In this document: positions 28,283-38,912 of the stretch, piece by piece | Position numbering within the stretch: the stretch's first letter is position 1 | Layout of the letters: every line of letters begins with the position of its first letter | Origin: an uncultured Nitrososphaerota archaeon | Lineage (GTDB): Archaea > Korarchaeota > Korarchaeia > Korarchaeales > Korarchaeaceae | Assembly (NCBI GenBank): GCA_964618805.1 | Contig: CAZUBM010000004.1 | Location: 49,936 to 113,935, forward strand | DNA: 64,000 nucleotides | Direction: 5' to 3' | Program-made: the position numbers and the translations under genes | Notes under the pieces: generated by a model | What the model was told of the DNA's origin: nothing | Seen by the model: the letters and a program-made list of their open reading frames with translations, nothing else | The model's database searches: none

Positions 28283-29968
28283 TTACCTCTCTATCCTACC
28301 CTTATATAAGAACTGCTTTTCATAGAGTTTTCTAAGGTTCTGGATTGTTTCGGCCTCCTCGGGTCCCTTATCTTCTCTAATAGAGACTATTCTAGCAAAC
28401 CTGAGTGCTAAACCACTCTCATATTTAGGGCTCTTCTGGATCTCGTTAAAGGCGACTTCTACTACTATGCTTGGCCTAACCTTCACTAGGTGCCCATCAT
28501 CATAGTAAGCCAGCTCTCTAAGTCTCTGAGTCATTATCTCAAACTCTTGATCTGTAAGGCCTTTGAAAGTCTTTCCTACTACAAGAAATTCACCTGTCTC
28601 CTCGTCCCTGGCGGCCAAATAGTAGTCTGACAGCCATTTATGCCTCCTCCCATATCCTCTCTCTGCAGCAACGATTACCAGATCGAGAGTTGCTAAAACA
28701 GGCTTTATCTTGAACCAATTCTTGCCTCTGACTCCAGGAGTATAAGCGCTATCCAGTTTCTTTGCTATCAAACCCTCATGCCCTTTATCCAATGCATCTT
28801 GAAGGAAACTCTTCACCTCTTCCTCGCTTTCACAAAATCGAGCCGGAACTAGCCACTCATCATCTACTAAATCCTCAAGCAGCTTCCTCCTCTTTGAATA
28901 TGGCTCATCTATCAACATCCTACCATCTATGTGCAGGATGTCAAAGAGGAACAAGCGAAGAGGAATTTCCTTGACAGAACGAGCTATATCGCTCTTCCTC
29001 CTTAACCTCCTTGAAACGAATTGGAACGGGAGTGGTTTCCCCTCCAGGCTGACCGCAATGGCCTCTCCGTCTGCAACAACTTCCTTATTTCCGAAAATTT
29101 CTGAGAACTGATCAACTACATCTGGCAAGCTTTCTGTGACGTCGCTAAGCCTCCTCGTAAAAGCCCTTACTTTGCCGTTCTTTGCGTGCATTTGAAGCCT
29201 AATTCCGTCCAACTTATATTCAAACGAGGCCCTTTTGAGCTCTTTCAAGACCTCTTCTATGCTATCTGCATCTGTTGCTAGCATGGGCTTTAACGGCCTG
29301 AAAACCTCGATTCTTATGTTCTCAAGGGCCTTTACCCCTCCTTTTTTTGCTTTCAGAGCTACTACTGAGATATCGCCGCTGAGCATCACAGCCCTTCTGA
29401 CGAGCCTTGCTGGAATTTGGAAGGCCTTTGCAACTGCGTCCTCCATAAGTCCCTCGTGAAGGCCTATTCTCATCTCTCCCGTCAAGTTCCTAGCCAAGAA
29501 TTCAGCCTCATCCGTATCTGCAAGGGAAAATAAGGAGAAAAGGAGCTCTTCTTTGAGCTTTCTTGATCTGGCTCCTCTTGACGAGGCTATCTTATCATAA
29601 TAGGAGCCTACTTCCTTGATTGTAAGCTTTTGTTCGAAAAGAAAGGACTGCCTTTTAGATCCGAACTTCTCCAATGCCTTCTTGAATCCATCACCTATGT
29701 CAACTGCTTGTACTAGGACATCATAGAGCTGTTCCCCGTCAGCTCCTGTCATCCTTTTTAGAACTGACAATAAGGCCCTCCAGTTCACATCTAATCTCCT
29801 CTCATCTCCTGGAGGGAGAGTTTTTCCTAGGAGAAACAGAACAGCATACCTTATCTCATCCTCAGGGAGGTTCTTGAGGAACGCAGAGACAAGATCGATC
29901 TTCTCATTTCTGGAACTCGTCATTGAGATCTTCTTTGCAAGCTCTACAAGCTCCTTGAAATCAGTCAT
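28283..29968 (-). CDS. lig: ATP-dependent DNA ligase
   Basis: EYKLDGIR (motif I), DGE, FDIL, EGLIAK, LRFAR motifs. Confidence 0.95.
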   Translation of the reverse strand: MTDFKELVELAKKISMTSSRNEKIDLVSAFLKNLPEDEIRYAVLFLLGKTLPPGDERRLDVNWRALLSVLKRMTGADGEQLYDVLVQAVDIGDGFKKALEKFGSKRQSFLFEQKLTIKEVGSYYDKIASSRGARSRKLKEELLFSLFSLADTDEAEFLARNLTGEMRIGLHEGLMEDAVAKAFQIPARLVRRAVMLSGDISVVALKAKKGGVKALENIRIEVFRPLKPMLATDADSIEEVLKELKRASFEYKLDGIRLQMHAKNGKVRAFTRRLSDVTESLPDVVDQFSEIFGNKEVVADGEAIAVSLEGKPLPFQFVSRRLRRKSDIARSVKEIPLRLFLFDILHIDGRMLIDEPYSKRRKLLEDLVDDEWLVPARFCESEEEVKSFLQDALDKGHEGLIAKKLDSAYTPGVRGKNWFKIKPVLATLDLVIVAAERGYGRRHKWLSDYYLAARDEETGEFLVVGKTFKGLTDQEFEIMTQRLRELAYYDDGHLVKVRPSIVVEVAFNEIQKSPKYESGLALRFARIVSIREDKGPEEAETIQNLRKLYEKQFLYKGRIER

Positions 29969-30026
29969 CTAGGTTAGGATTCCCTTAAGGAGTTAAAAAA
30001 TAATGGTAGGACCTGGCTAGACTTCT

Positions 30027-32246
30027 TTAGCTGCCAGCGATGCTAGGTTTGAAAAAGCAGGAAATCCATTCAGGTCTGTTTGGATGTTTTGTCTCGAGCA
30101 CCTGCTTCCAAGCCTCATCAGTTAGGCGCTCAGCCATGGGCTGCTTGAACTCATAATAGGAGAGAGACGGCCCAGCTGCCATAATGAGCTCTTTTTCCGC
30201 TGTTGGGACTACGACAAGCAATAGATCAAGGGCTCCTGTGCCCTCTTCTAGGACAAGCTTGGAGTTCTGATCTGTGTGGACGTCTGCGACCAGTATGGTG
30301 CTCTTACTCCTTTTGTCTAAGCCCTCTACAATTGTTTCCAGCTCCTCGGGAAGTTGTTCAAGGAAAGCCATTTCCTCACTATCTAAAGATTTCATCTCAA
30401 GTTCTTTCTTTGAAACCTCTGCTAACATATCTAGGACGTTTTTTAGCTTAAGTAATCTATTTTCTTGGGTTTGATTTAGGAATCCCAGTTCCTTTAGGCC
30501 CTTTATTGTCATTTCTACAAGACCAGATAGCCTACTGTAAACTTCTGGAACGGGCTCAACGTATACGAACACCTTTTGAGGAGGCACAGGGATAGAGGTC
30601 AATAGGGGAGTGTAGCTCTGCTTGGCATAGAGTATGGTGTCATGCCTAAGTTCTGCCCAAGAAGCAAGGGCAGCTTGCAGCTGTCTCCTTTCCCATGCCT
30701 GAGTCCTCATATAGGATGGATACCCCTCACCTCTTGGCTCGACTAAGGCTTTCAAAGTGTAAAGCCATGCCCAGTAGAGGTTTTTACCCCATTCGCTTTC
30801 GTTAAGACCCGAAAACTCTTCTTTCAGCTCCTCTAGGTTTTCCATATATCTCTCGTAATCCGTGTCTCCTTCCTCTTGGAGGACCCTTAGAGCCTCTTCC
30901 GAACCGAGTACAGCCATGAAATCCAACCCCCTTGGGAACACTCTTGTGGGCCCAAGAGGTGTGTAGCCAAGGGTAAATGGACTCCCTCTTCCAGTAAAAG
31001 ATCCAACAGAAGGAGCAACCAGTCTTTGGAATACGTAGGAATCTGGGACAAAGCGCTGACCCATAAACCTCATTCCCATGCTCTCTTTGAGGCACTCCTC
31101 AAGTTCCTCAGGCGATAATTCCACAGCATAGCAGCTCCCTGTTCCAGAATAGATCAACGGAGCTCTCATTTCAAGGAGCTTTCTCCTAAGCTCATCCAAC
31201 ATTTCCATTTCTGAAAGGTTTTCTGGCACAAATCCAGAGCCAAAAACCTCCTTAATTGCTTGAAGATATTCATAGGGCGTTAAGTCATCAGCAAACCCAA
31301 CGAAGAACGAGGTTACAGCATAGATTTCACTCCAAATATCTGATAGACTCTTGTTTTCTTCCTTAACAACCTGCATTGCAGTAACGATCAGAGATGCTTG
31401 GATTGTCAACCTTCTCGCTTCTTCCTCTGGAATTATCCTGCCTCCCTTGATCAAGAAAGCCATTCTGCCGTACCACATCATGGCCTTGAAATACCTCTTT
31501 AGAGTCTCTGACTTGGTGTAGTGTCCCCTAGGAACGTATTGGCTGTAGTCTTCCTCGTAACCGAATATTGGGCTCTTGAAATAGCCTTGGTGTCCTTCTA
31601 TGAGCCTAATCTCATCAGAAACTTCCTCAGAAACATAAGATGGTGGTCTGTAAGATTCATCAAGTAGCTTCATAGCTACAGAAAAGTATGCGACGTTCCT
31701 TCTGGCCGCTTCCTTCAGAGAACCCTTGAGAAAGCCATATTGTTCCTTACTCTCCCTCAACAAGGCGCCTGTTAGCTCGATAAGCATTGGAAATAGGTTG
31801 TTTTCCTCAATATCGCTGAGCAAATAATCAAACTGAACGTGGTACAGATGAAGCATAGAATCGCTAGTAACATATATTGGTATTCCATACTCCCTTAGAA
31901 GCTTGTACGCAGACACAACGTCATCTCCATACCAATTCGTGACTAGAAATCCGTTTTTCAACAGCTTTTCTCTTGCAACTGGGTCTAGAGGAAATATCTC
32001 TATAACCTGATCAAAGTTAGAGACATCTTCTGGATCTAGTGGTAAAGCATATTCTGGGACACTAGGTTGAACTTCGATGCTTTCCATTGAGAAGAACTTC
32101 TTAATAAGATCCTTAGGATTCTTCATCATAAGAGGAACTGGTTCATTAGGCAAAGGTTCCTCAGGAGAGGGTTTTCTTAAGAACAATATCGCTGGTATCA
32201 CTAACAACAGCAGCAATATTACTCCAACGATTGAACGATAGGACAT
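30027..32246 (-). CDS. DUF3160 family membrane-anchored protein
   Basis: EDYSQYVPRGHYT, FKAMMWYGR, SWAELRHDTILYAKQSY, SYYEF, RLTDEAW motifs. Confidence 0.85.
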   Translation of the reverse strand: MSYRSIVGVILLLLLVIPAILFLRKPSPEEPLPNEPVPLMMKNPKDLIKKFFSMESIEVQPSVPEYALPLDPEDVSNFDQVIEIFPLDPVAREKLLKNGFLVTNWYGDDVVSAYKLLREYGIPIYVTSDSMLHLYHVQFDYLLSDIEENNLFPMLIELTGALLRESKEQYGFLKGSLKEAARRNVAYFSVAMKLLDESYRPPSYVSEEVSDEIRLIEGHQGYFKSPIFGYEEDYSQYVPRGHYTKSETLKRYFKAMMWYGRMAFLIKGGRIIPEEEARRLTIQASLIVTAMQVVKEENKSLSDIWSEIYAVTSFFVGFADDLTPYEYLQAIKEVFGSGFVPENLSEMEMLDELRRKLLEMRAPLIYSGTGSCYAVELSPEELEECLKESMGMRFMGQRFVPDSYVFQRLVAPSVGSFTGRGSPFTLGYTPLGPTRVFPRGLDFMAVLGSEEALRVLQEEGDTDYERYMENLEELKEEFSGLNESEWGKNLYWAWLYTLKALVEPRGEGYPSYMRTQAWERRQLQAALASWAELRHDTILYAKQSYTPLLTSIPVPPQKVFVYVEPVPEVYSRLSGLVEMTIKGLKELGFLNQTQENRLLKLKNVLDMLAEVSKKELEMKSLDSEEMAFLEQLPEELETIVEGLDKRSKSTILVADVHTDQNSKLVLEEGTGALDLLLVVVPTAEKELIMAAGPSLSYYEFKQPMAERLTDEAWKQVLETKHPNRPEWISCFFKPSIAGS

Positions 32247-32380
32247 TTATCTCAAAGATCAACCAAGGATGGGTCATATAAACTGCTTGGCAGTTGTTCA
32301 ATGAACATTGAACTAAATATATGATGCAACTTCTGTGGCGAATACTCATGTTTTTTTGCGATAATCCCAGGTCATATTGA

Positions 32381-33025
32381 ATGACCTTTGATGTTTTCTC
32401 CGCACTTATCTTGACTATATGTCTACTATTTTTCTTTACGCTAAACTTGCTTAACCTCTTGCTACATAGTAGGTCTAGGGCTGCTTGTAAGTATCTTAAA
32501 GACCGAAAACACAAACTACCAAAGCATTTGATTATGGTTCTCGCGGCATTCGGAACCATGGTTTATTGGTTGGAGGTGCTTCTATACCCCTTCCTAGTTT
32601 TTACGGGCCTATTTTCCATGACAAAAGTTAATCCTTTACAGATAGATCTGCCTTACAATCAGTTTCTAAGATGGCTAGGGTTGGACCTACTTGTGTTTGG
32701 ATTTTTCCTATTTAGCTGGAGTGTTTTGACCCGTGGAAAACACGCGGTTTCTTGGGAAATGCCAGAAAATCATGTGCTTGTGACCTGGGGTCCCTATGGA
32801 CTTGTAAGGAACCCCTCTTATCTCAGTTATTTCATGATGTTCTTTGGCATCTTCTTCCTCTGGCTGAACTTCTTAGCAGCCATTCCTCTGATCGCTATCC
32901 CTGGCTATATTAGCATAGTAGAGGATGAAGAAAGGATGCTTGTTGAGAGATTTAGAGATGATTACCTTAGATACCAAGAAAGCGTTGGTAAGTTTATTCC
33001 AAAGCTTAGGAAGAAGAAAAATTAG
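32381..33025 (+). CDS. Isoprenylcysteine carboxyl methyltransferase / PEMT family membrane protein
   Basis: LVTWGPYGLVRNPSY, EERML...F...Y..Y motifs. Confidence 0.85.
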   Translation: MTFDVFSALILTICLLFFFTLNLLNLLLHSRSRAACKYLKDRKHKLPKHLIMVLAAFGTMVYWLEVLLYPFLVFTGLFSMTKVNPLQIDLPYNQFLRWLGLDLLVFGFFLFSWSVLTRGKHAVSWEMPENHVLVTWGPYGLVRNPSYLSYFMMFFGIFFLWLNFLAAIPLIAIPGYISIVEDEERMLVERFRDDYLRYQESVGKFIPKLRKKKN

Positions 33026-33100
33026 TCTGAAAATCGTTTTACCTGTACAAGCATGTCCAACACATTCCAGTTCCAAACGTTAAAATAAATAGAAGACTTA

Positions 33101-33808
33101 TTGCTCTTGGTGCGTGAAATGGGATTTAAAGTAGCATTAGATGAGTTTTATGGGCTTACTCCTTCCGAAAAAGAGATGTCTTTGCTATTTTTGGGCTATT
33201 CAGGGGTTCTTGTTGGAATAGGTGGAAAATACGTGCTTTTTGATCCCGCTGACATGCTTAAAGGAGCTGAGGAATCGCTCAAAGAGCTGTATGCCGTGTT
33301 CTATACTCACGGTCATTATGACCACTTCCATTTGGACTCAGCTAAGAGGATATTTGAGGTGACGAATGCGTTCTTCATAGCAGAAGAATCTGTGTACGAC
33401 GAGATAAGGGGATTTGTACCTGACAATAAGAGGTTCCTAGCTAGAGTAGGAGAATTTCGCGTGGGAGAGCTAAACGTAAGTGTGGTTGAGGGGCTGCATG
33501 TCGGCAAGATAATGCTTTTCAGGATTTCATCCGATACGTGGTCCCTTTTCCATGGAGGGGACTCAAACTACGTACCTCTTCCCTTTGGAGCAGACATAGC
33601 GATTCTTCCAACAGGAAGACCTTCTCCGACTGCGTCTCCTGAAGCAGCATTGAAGATGGCGCTAGATCTTAAGCCAAAAGTCGTGATAGCTGTTCACGGC
33701 TCTGATGCCCAACACAAAGCCTTGCAAAAACTGCTGTCAGAGAGGCTGCCTGAAGTAAAGTTCTTAGCCCCACAACAAATGGTTCCTACAAAGCTTAGCT
33801 TCAAATAG
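33101..33808 (+). CDS. MBL-fold metallo-hydrolase (UlaG-like)
   Basis: THGHYDH, FHGGDS, IAVHG motifs. Confidence 0.85.
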   Translation: MLLVREMGFKVALDEFYGLTPSEKEMSLLFLGYSGVLVGIGGKYVLFDPADMLKGAEESLKELYAVFYTHGHYDHFHLDSAKRIFEVTNAFFIAEESVYDEIRGFVPDNKRFLARVGEFRVGELNVSVVEGLHVGKIMLFRISSDTWSLFHGGDSNYVPLPFGADIAILPTGRPSPTASPEAALKMALDLKPKVVIAVHGSDAQHKALQKLLSERLPEVKFLAPQQMVPTKLSFK

Positions 33809-34853
33809 GGGGCTCTGACCATTTACAAAACTCCCTAAGCAGAACCGTAGCATAACACCCCTTTTCGAGCCAAAAAGAGAGCACAACCTCATTTTTATTG
33901 ATATCAACCATTAGAGATTTGTAAGTCACTGGAACCTTCCTTAAACTTCCCTTATCTCTTAGCTTCCTCACCTCAAGTTTGAAGTCTTTAGGTCTCACTT
34001 TCTCCCCCTCCAAAACAGATTTAACGATGTCTCCTGCCTCCCCTTTTGGTAGCTTGGATTTGTATCCAATTATTGGAAATGCTGGCTTTCCCCCTTTGAT
34101 GAAATCCCCTTCAATAGGCTTGTTTAAGGGATGTCCTCTCCTCATCCTCTCAGAAACCATAAGGTTAAACAGGTAGGACTGGTAGGAATTTATGAAAAAC
34201 CTCAAAAGCCTGAGATCTAATCTCAACACATCTTTTATCCCAGATATCCTCCTCTTTAATCCAATCCTGCTTGCTAGCTGGTCATAATCTCCCTCAAGGA
34301 TCAGTCTCCCCAGTTCGTGGTTCCTAGTTTGCCCTCCAAACCGTTGATATCCGTAGTAATTAGGACAACCCCTATCTTCTAACTGGAAAATCGTTTTATT
34401 CAGTGCCTCTAGATTCTTCACTCCTTTAACCTTGATTTTGAAGAAATTTCCCTTGAGATATCCCACTCTGACCTTTCTTCTTGCTCTGAAAAGTCCTAAA
34501 ACCTTCAGGCAACCTTCTACCTCTAGATCTTTTGGATCTATTTCTTTGTAAGGGATTGAGATTTTCTGTATTGCAACCGCCCTCTTGTCCTTTAATCCTG
34601 CCACTCCAATGGCTTTTCTTCCGATATTCAGTTTGTTAGCTATTATATCGACGACTTCTCTTGTAGAAAGATCCTTCTTCCATATCACCAAGACTAAATG
34701 GTTTCCAGTCTCATCCGCTTCTATTAGAGAATTCTCCACCACGATAAAGTCCTCAGGCCTCTCTTTTATCCTGCCATCTAGCCCCGGTGTATCTGTAGCA
34801 TAAAAAAACAGACCGAGCTCCTTGTCGATCTGTGACGATGTCTCTAAGTACAC
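33801..34853 (-). CDS. truD: tRNA pseudouridine(13) synthase TruD
   Basis: PEDFIVVE, AGLKDKRAVAIQ, GNFF, PNYYGYQRFG, GCYATVLLRE motifs. Confidence 0.92.
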   Translation of the reverse strand: MYLETSSQIDKELGLFFYATDTPGLDGRIKERPEDFIVVENSLIEADETGNHLVLVIWKKDLSTREVVDIIANKLNIGRKAIGVAGLKDKRAVAIQKISIPYKEIDPKDLEVEGCLKVLGLFRARRKVRVGYLKGNFFKIKVKGVKNLEALNKTIFQLEDRGCPNYYGYQRFGGQTRNHELGRLILEGDYDQLASRIGLKRRISGIKDVLRLDLRLLRFFINSYQSYLFNLMVSERMRRGHPLNKPIEGDFIKGGKPAFPIIGYKSKLPKGEAGDIVKSVLEGEKVRPKDFKLEVRKLRDKGSLRKVPVTYKSLMVDINKNEVVLSFWLEKGCYATVLLREFCKWSEPPI

Positions 34854-34938
34854 TTCCCTCTTATGAAAAAGAACCCTTTAGTTAAAATCTACCTTCACCA
34901 TCTGGATTCATAACCAATTCATCGATAGGGTGGTCTAA

Positions 34939-35871
34939 GTGAGGATAGACATGGAAATAGCAAAGCGACTAGCTGAAAAGGTTTCCAATATTGAACCAAC
35001 GCTAGACGTATTTGATGAAAGGTTTTTCCCAGATAGGAATGAGGAAAAAGAGGTTGTTACATCATACTTCTTGTTCATGACAGCCATAGACCATAGAACA
35101 AGAGTAGGAGGCACATATCAGAAGGAGATAGATGGAGAGCGGTTTTTCGGTTCAGATCTCTTGTTTAGACTTGCAAAACTGAAGTTAGATGCGGATCCCG
35201 ATTTTTATACAGCTAGAAATATGACAAACCTCTCTATGAGAGATTTTAAGGATGTATTCATGCCAGAAGGAGTCATCTTGAGGGATCCTGAAGTTAGAGT
35301 GGCCTTGCTGAGGGATTTAGGTTCAAAGCTATTAACTCTCTACGAGGGGAAAGCTTTGAATCTTCTGGATAGGGCTAACGAAAGGATAAAAGGAGGACCA
35401 GAGGATCCAGGTCTTTTGGAGATTCTAAAGACATTTATCGCCTATTCAGATCCCGTTGAGAAGAAATCATTCCTCTTAATGAAATTCCTGAAGAGAAGGG
35501 GGCTTTTCAACCCAAAAGATTTGGAAAACGAGCAAGTCCCAGTGGACAATCACCTGTTAAGGATTGCCATAAGGACAGGCCTATTGAGGCTTGACAAATC
35601 TTGGTTTCCCTTGCTAAGAAACGAAAGAAACTCTACTTTAGAAGAAGACACCGCTCTGAGGATGATGACTAGAGTTGCGTTCAAGATAGTAGCAGAAGAA
35701 GCACATATCTCTCCTTTCTTACTAGATGACTTTCTCTGGTCTCATGGCAGGCTAGTTTGCACTAGCGAAAGGCCCATGTGCGAGAAGTGCAGTATAAAAA
35801 CTGCTTGCCTTGGAGAAGGAAGCTGGTTTGGCTGGGCAAAGGAGCCCTTTAACGATAATTGGTATTATTAG
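34939..35871 (+). CDS. HhH-type N-glycosylase resembling queuosine-salvage Qng1 (DUF2419), with Nth-type [4Fe-4S] motif
   Basis: PVDNHLLRIAIRTG, LDDFLW and C-x6-C-x2-C-x5-C (CTSERPMCEKCSIKTAC). Confidence 0.6.
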   Translation: MRIDMEIAKRLAEKVSNIEPTLDVFDERFFPDRNEEKEVVTSYFLFMTAIDHRTRVGGTYQKEIDGERFFGSDLLFRLAKLKLDADPDFYTARNMTNLSMRDFKDVFMPEGVILRDPEVRVALLRDLGSKLLTLYEGKALNLLDRANERIKGGPEDPGLLEILKTFIAYSDPVEKKSFLLMKFLKRRGLFNPKDLENEQVPVDNHLLRIAIRTGLLRLDKSWFPLLRNERNSTLEEDTALRMMTRVAFKIVAEEAHISPFLLDDFLWSHGRLVCTSERPMCEKCSIKTACLGEGSWFGWAKEPFNDNWYY

Positions 35872-35920
35872 CCCATACCTTCTACTTTGGACTTTTCTGG
35901 TTTCACAGCTCTCTGATTAG

Positions 35921-38821
35921 TTAAACGAATACGAGTGCTGGCTTCCCTGGTAATGCTCTTGACGCCCTTTTCTCCTCTGAACGTTCAGCTTCTTCAATTA
36001 TCACCTTTTTAACTCCTGTCTTCTCAGCTATCATTGCTTTTAGGGCCTTGAACATCTGCTTTTCCATTTCCCTTCTTGCGTTCTTCCATACTCCTTGTTC
36101 CTTAACGAACTCCATGACGAGATTCTGGGCTTCCTTTCCCCTCTCCTTAAGGAAGTCCCTCACAAAAGACATGGCTTTTTTAACTTCTATGGGTGGCTTA
36201 AGCTGTTTCAAAACCTCTATTTCTTGATATTTCCAATCCGGAGCTACTATTATCTTTAGTGTTTCAGGCTTCCCTTTCAATACCTTTAGTACGCTGTTTG
36301 CATCCTCTATTGTGCTCTCAACCACATGATATGCAGTTTCAATCTCTAAGTCTATGGCTTCTTCATCTACCTCTGGCCAAGGAGCTAGAGAGATGAAATC
36401 TTCATGACCCAATTTATGCCAGATCTCTTCAGCCAAGTGGGGTATCACTGGGGCCAAGATCCTGATCCATTTGTCGAGGAGATCTCTCAACAACTTGAAG
36501 TTGCGTCCACCATATCTAATGTAGGTCTCCATGTCCCTGAGAGCTATGAAGAAGCCTCTTATCGATGCGTCTCTTGGTTTAAAGGAGGAAAACATCTTAT
36601 CTACTTCTTTTATCGCGCTATTCATTCGAGAAACTATCCATTTCTCAAGAAGCTCATTTTCAGCGCGACTTCCAGACTCAGAGTTCGAGATTATCTGCTC
36701 AGCAAGCTCGTAGAACCTTCTTAAGCTATTTCCTACAGTTCTTACTCCTGCTTCTCTCCAGTCAAGCACTGTGCTCAGATCAGCGGCACTAACAACATAG
36801 AGCCTGAACCAGTCGGCGGAATACCTTTTGGGGACGTCCACGAGAGGGATGACGTTCCCCTTGCTCTTGGACATCTTAGCACCTTCTCTAATGACTGGCT
36901 CGTTTAAGGTGAACCTCCTTGGCCAATGTTTCTCTTCAAAAATGGCAGCATGGTGGAATATGCTGAATGTAAGGTGGTTCGTTATGTGCGCTATCATGGT
37001 GTGCCTTTGATCAACAGGATACCAGTAAAGGAACTCCTCTCGCATTCTTCGCAATTCTTCTACGCTTATACCCATTTCTTTGCTTATCTTCTCAGGATCT
37101 CCTTTGCCAAGGAAAACGTAGTCCCAGAATTCTGGCTTCAGATCTTCTTTTGAGAGCTTTAACCTCCTTATGTGATGTATAACTGTGTAGAAAGCCATGT
37201 ATATGGTGGAATCGCTGAGCGATTCTATTATCCACTCAGGATCGAATGGAAGCCTTGTCCCTATTCCTCTCTTCCTGGCGCACGGTCTCTTATCCAGCCA
37301 CTCAATTGTGTCCTCGAAGAGCCTACGATATACCTCGGGAATAATCTCCATGTTATTCAGCGCTCTCCTGGCCTTTTCCTTCCAACCAGGAGCGTTGAAA
37401 TCTAAGAACCACTGATCCGGTAGAACTGCTACTATTACATTTGCTCCACATCTACAACGGACTGGAAGGGCTTTTGCCGTTACCTCATATACCGGAACAG
37501 CATCCCCTTTCTCTCTTAACCAAGAAACAACTCTATCCTTAACTTCTGCTATCTTAGTACCAGCAAAAGGCCCCGCAACGAGGACCCCTCCGTAGAACTC
37601 AGCCTTGTAGATCTCTTTTGTAGCTTCATCAAGCCCATGAAAATCGTCCTGGCTCTTGATACCTCTCCTCTCAACTGCCTCCTTTGCTGGAAATTCACCA
37701 TAACCGGGGACATCTATTATGTGTATGGGCTCTATCGGGTCAACAAGCTCTTTTGTTACGCCAAATTTCTCTGGATCCCTCTTCACATCAACAAGCGCTA
37801 TATAGTCGAAGGGAGCATGAGCTGGAACGCTGTAAACGATGCCTGTTGCATTATTTACATCCACGAATGAAGCTGGGAGGACGGGCACCTCTGCCCCATT
37901 TGGAGCTCTAACTCTTAAGCCTACAAGTTCCCTTCCTTTAAACTTCCTGAGAAGCTTGAAATCCCATCCTTGAAGCTTAAGCTTGTCCATTGCTTTCTCA
38001 GAAACAACCCATCTCTCTTGCTTGAGATCAAGCTCCACATAGTTCTCTTCAGGATGAACCCAAACGTTAGTGACCCCAAAAATAGTCTCTGGTCTAAGCG
38101 TAGATGCAAGAAGCACCCTGCCATCACTCGTCCTAAACTTAACCCCGACAAATTCCTGAACCTCTGCAGCTATCTCGTCTCCTCCCATGATGTCGTCTTC
38201 TCCAACTGCTTGACCTTCTTCTGGACAGAAGAGTAGTGGATAGGTGCCTTGGGTGATGTATCCCTTTTCCCTCAGCTTGAGAAATTGCCAAGATACGAAC
38301 GCGTTATATTCAGGATCTCCTGTTGTGAACTTACGCCTCCAGTCTATGGAGCAGCCAAGCGCATCGAAATCCCTGCTTATAACACCAGAAAAGAATTTTG
38401 CTACGGCCATAGGTTCAACGAATTTGGAGACAACTTCTTCTACTTCCTTAGGATCCTTTATGTAAAGGGAAACATAGGATTTGTAGAGTTGCAAGGTTTT
38501 AGGATCTTTTTTCCTGATCCTCGCTGATATAGCCTCTATTGGCGTGCCAGTTATGTGAAATGCCATAGGAAATAGCACATTGTACCCTTTCATCCTGAAA
38601 TACCTTGCAAAGACGTCCCCTATAGCATACGTCCTACCATGTCCTATGTGAAGCGGTCCAGAAGTGTATGGATAGGGTATTGTGAAAAGAAAACCTGGCT
38701 TATCGGGGCGGGGATCAGCCTCGAAAACTCTCTTCTCCTTCCACTCTTTCTGCCATTTCTTCTCTATCTCTCTAATCTTCTCTGTGAATTCCTCAAATCC
38801 CCGCTTAGCGAAGCAGATCAC
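35921..38821 (-). CDS. leuS: Leucine--tRNA ligase
   Basis: PYPYTSGPLHIGH, KMSKS, STLRPET editing domain. Confidence 0.95.
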   Translation of the reverse strand: MICFAKRGFEEFTEKIREIEKKWQKEWKEKRVFEADPRPDKPGFLFTIPYPYTSGPLHIGHGRTYAIGDVFARYFRMKGYNVLFPMAFHITGTPIEAISARIRKKDPKTLQLYKSYVSLYIKDPKEVEEVVSKFVEPMAVAKFFSGVISRDFDALGCSIDWRRKFTTGDPEYNAFVSWQFLKLREKGYITQGTYPLLFCPEEGQAVGEDDIMGGDEIAAEVQEFVGVKFRTSDGRVLLASTLRPETIFGVTNVWVHPEENYVELDLKQERWVVSEKAMDKLKLQGWDFKLLRKFKGRELVGLRVRAPNGAEVPVLPASFVDVNNATGIVYSVPAHAPFDYIALVDVKRDPEKFGVTKELVDPIEPIHIIDVPGYGEFPAKEAVERRGIKSQDDFHGLDEATKEIYKAEFYGGVLVAGPFAGTKIAEVKDRVVSWLREKGDAVPVYEVTAKALPVRCRCGANVIVAVLPDQWFLDFNAPGWKEKARRALNNMEIIPEVYRRLFEDTIEWLDKRPCARKRGIGTRLPFDPEWIIESLSDSTIYMAFYTVIHHIRRLKLSKEDLKPEFWDYVFLGKGDPEKISKEMGISVEELRRMREEFLYWYPVDQRHTMIAHITNHLTFSIFHHAAIFEEKHWPRRFTLNEPVIREGAKMSKSKGNVIPLVDVPKRYSADWFRLYVVSAADLSTVLDWREAGVRTVGNSLRRFYELAEQIISNSESGSRAENELLEKWIVSRMNSAIKEVDKMFSSFKPRDASIRGFFIALRDMETYIRYGGRNFKLLRDLLDKWIRILAPVIPHLAEEIWHKLGHEDFISLAPWPEVDEEAIDLEIETAYHVVESTIEDANSVLKVLKGKPETLKIIVAPDWKYQEIEVLKQLKPPIEVKKAMSFVRDFLKERGKEAQNLVMEFVKEQGVWKNARREMEKQMFKALKAMIAEKTGVKKVIIEEAERSEEKRASRALPGKPALVFV

Positions 38822-38912
38822 CTAATCCACAGACGGCGAAATGATAATTAAAAGTTTATCTTTTGACTAAGCCTGTTCTCCTGCCTCGAAAAGTCTGTGA
38901 GATCTTTTTTCT

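Noticed and set aside
32161-32559. 132-aa minus-strand ORF
   Set aside because: Overlaps two real genes and their promoter; no motif.
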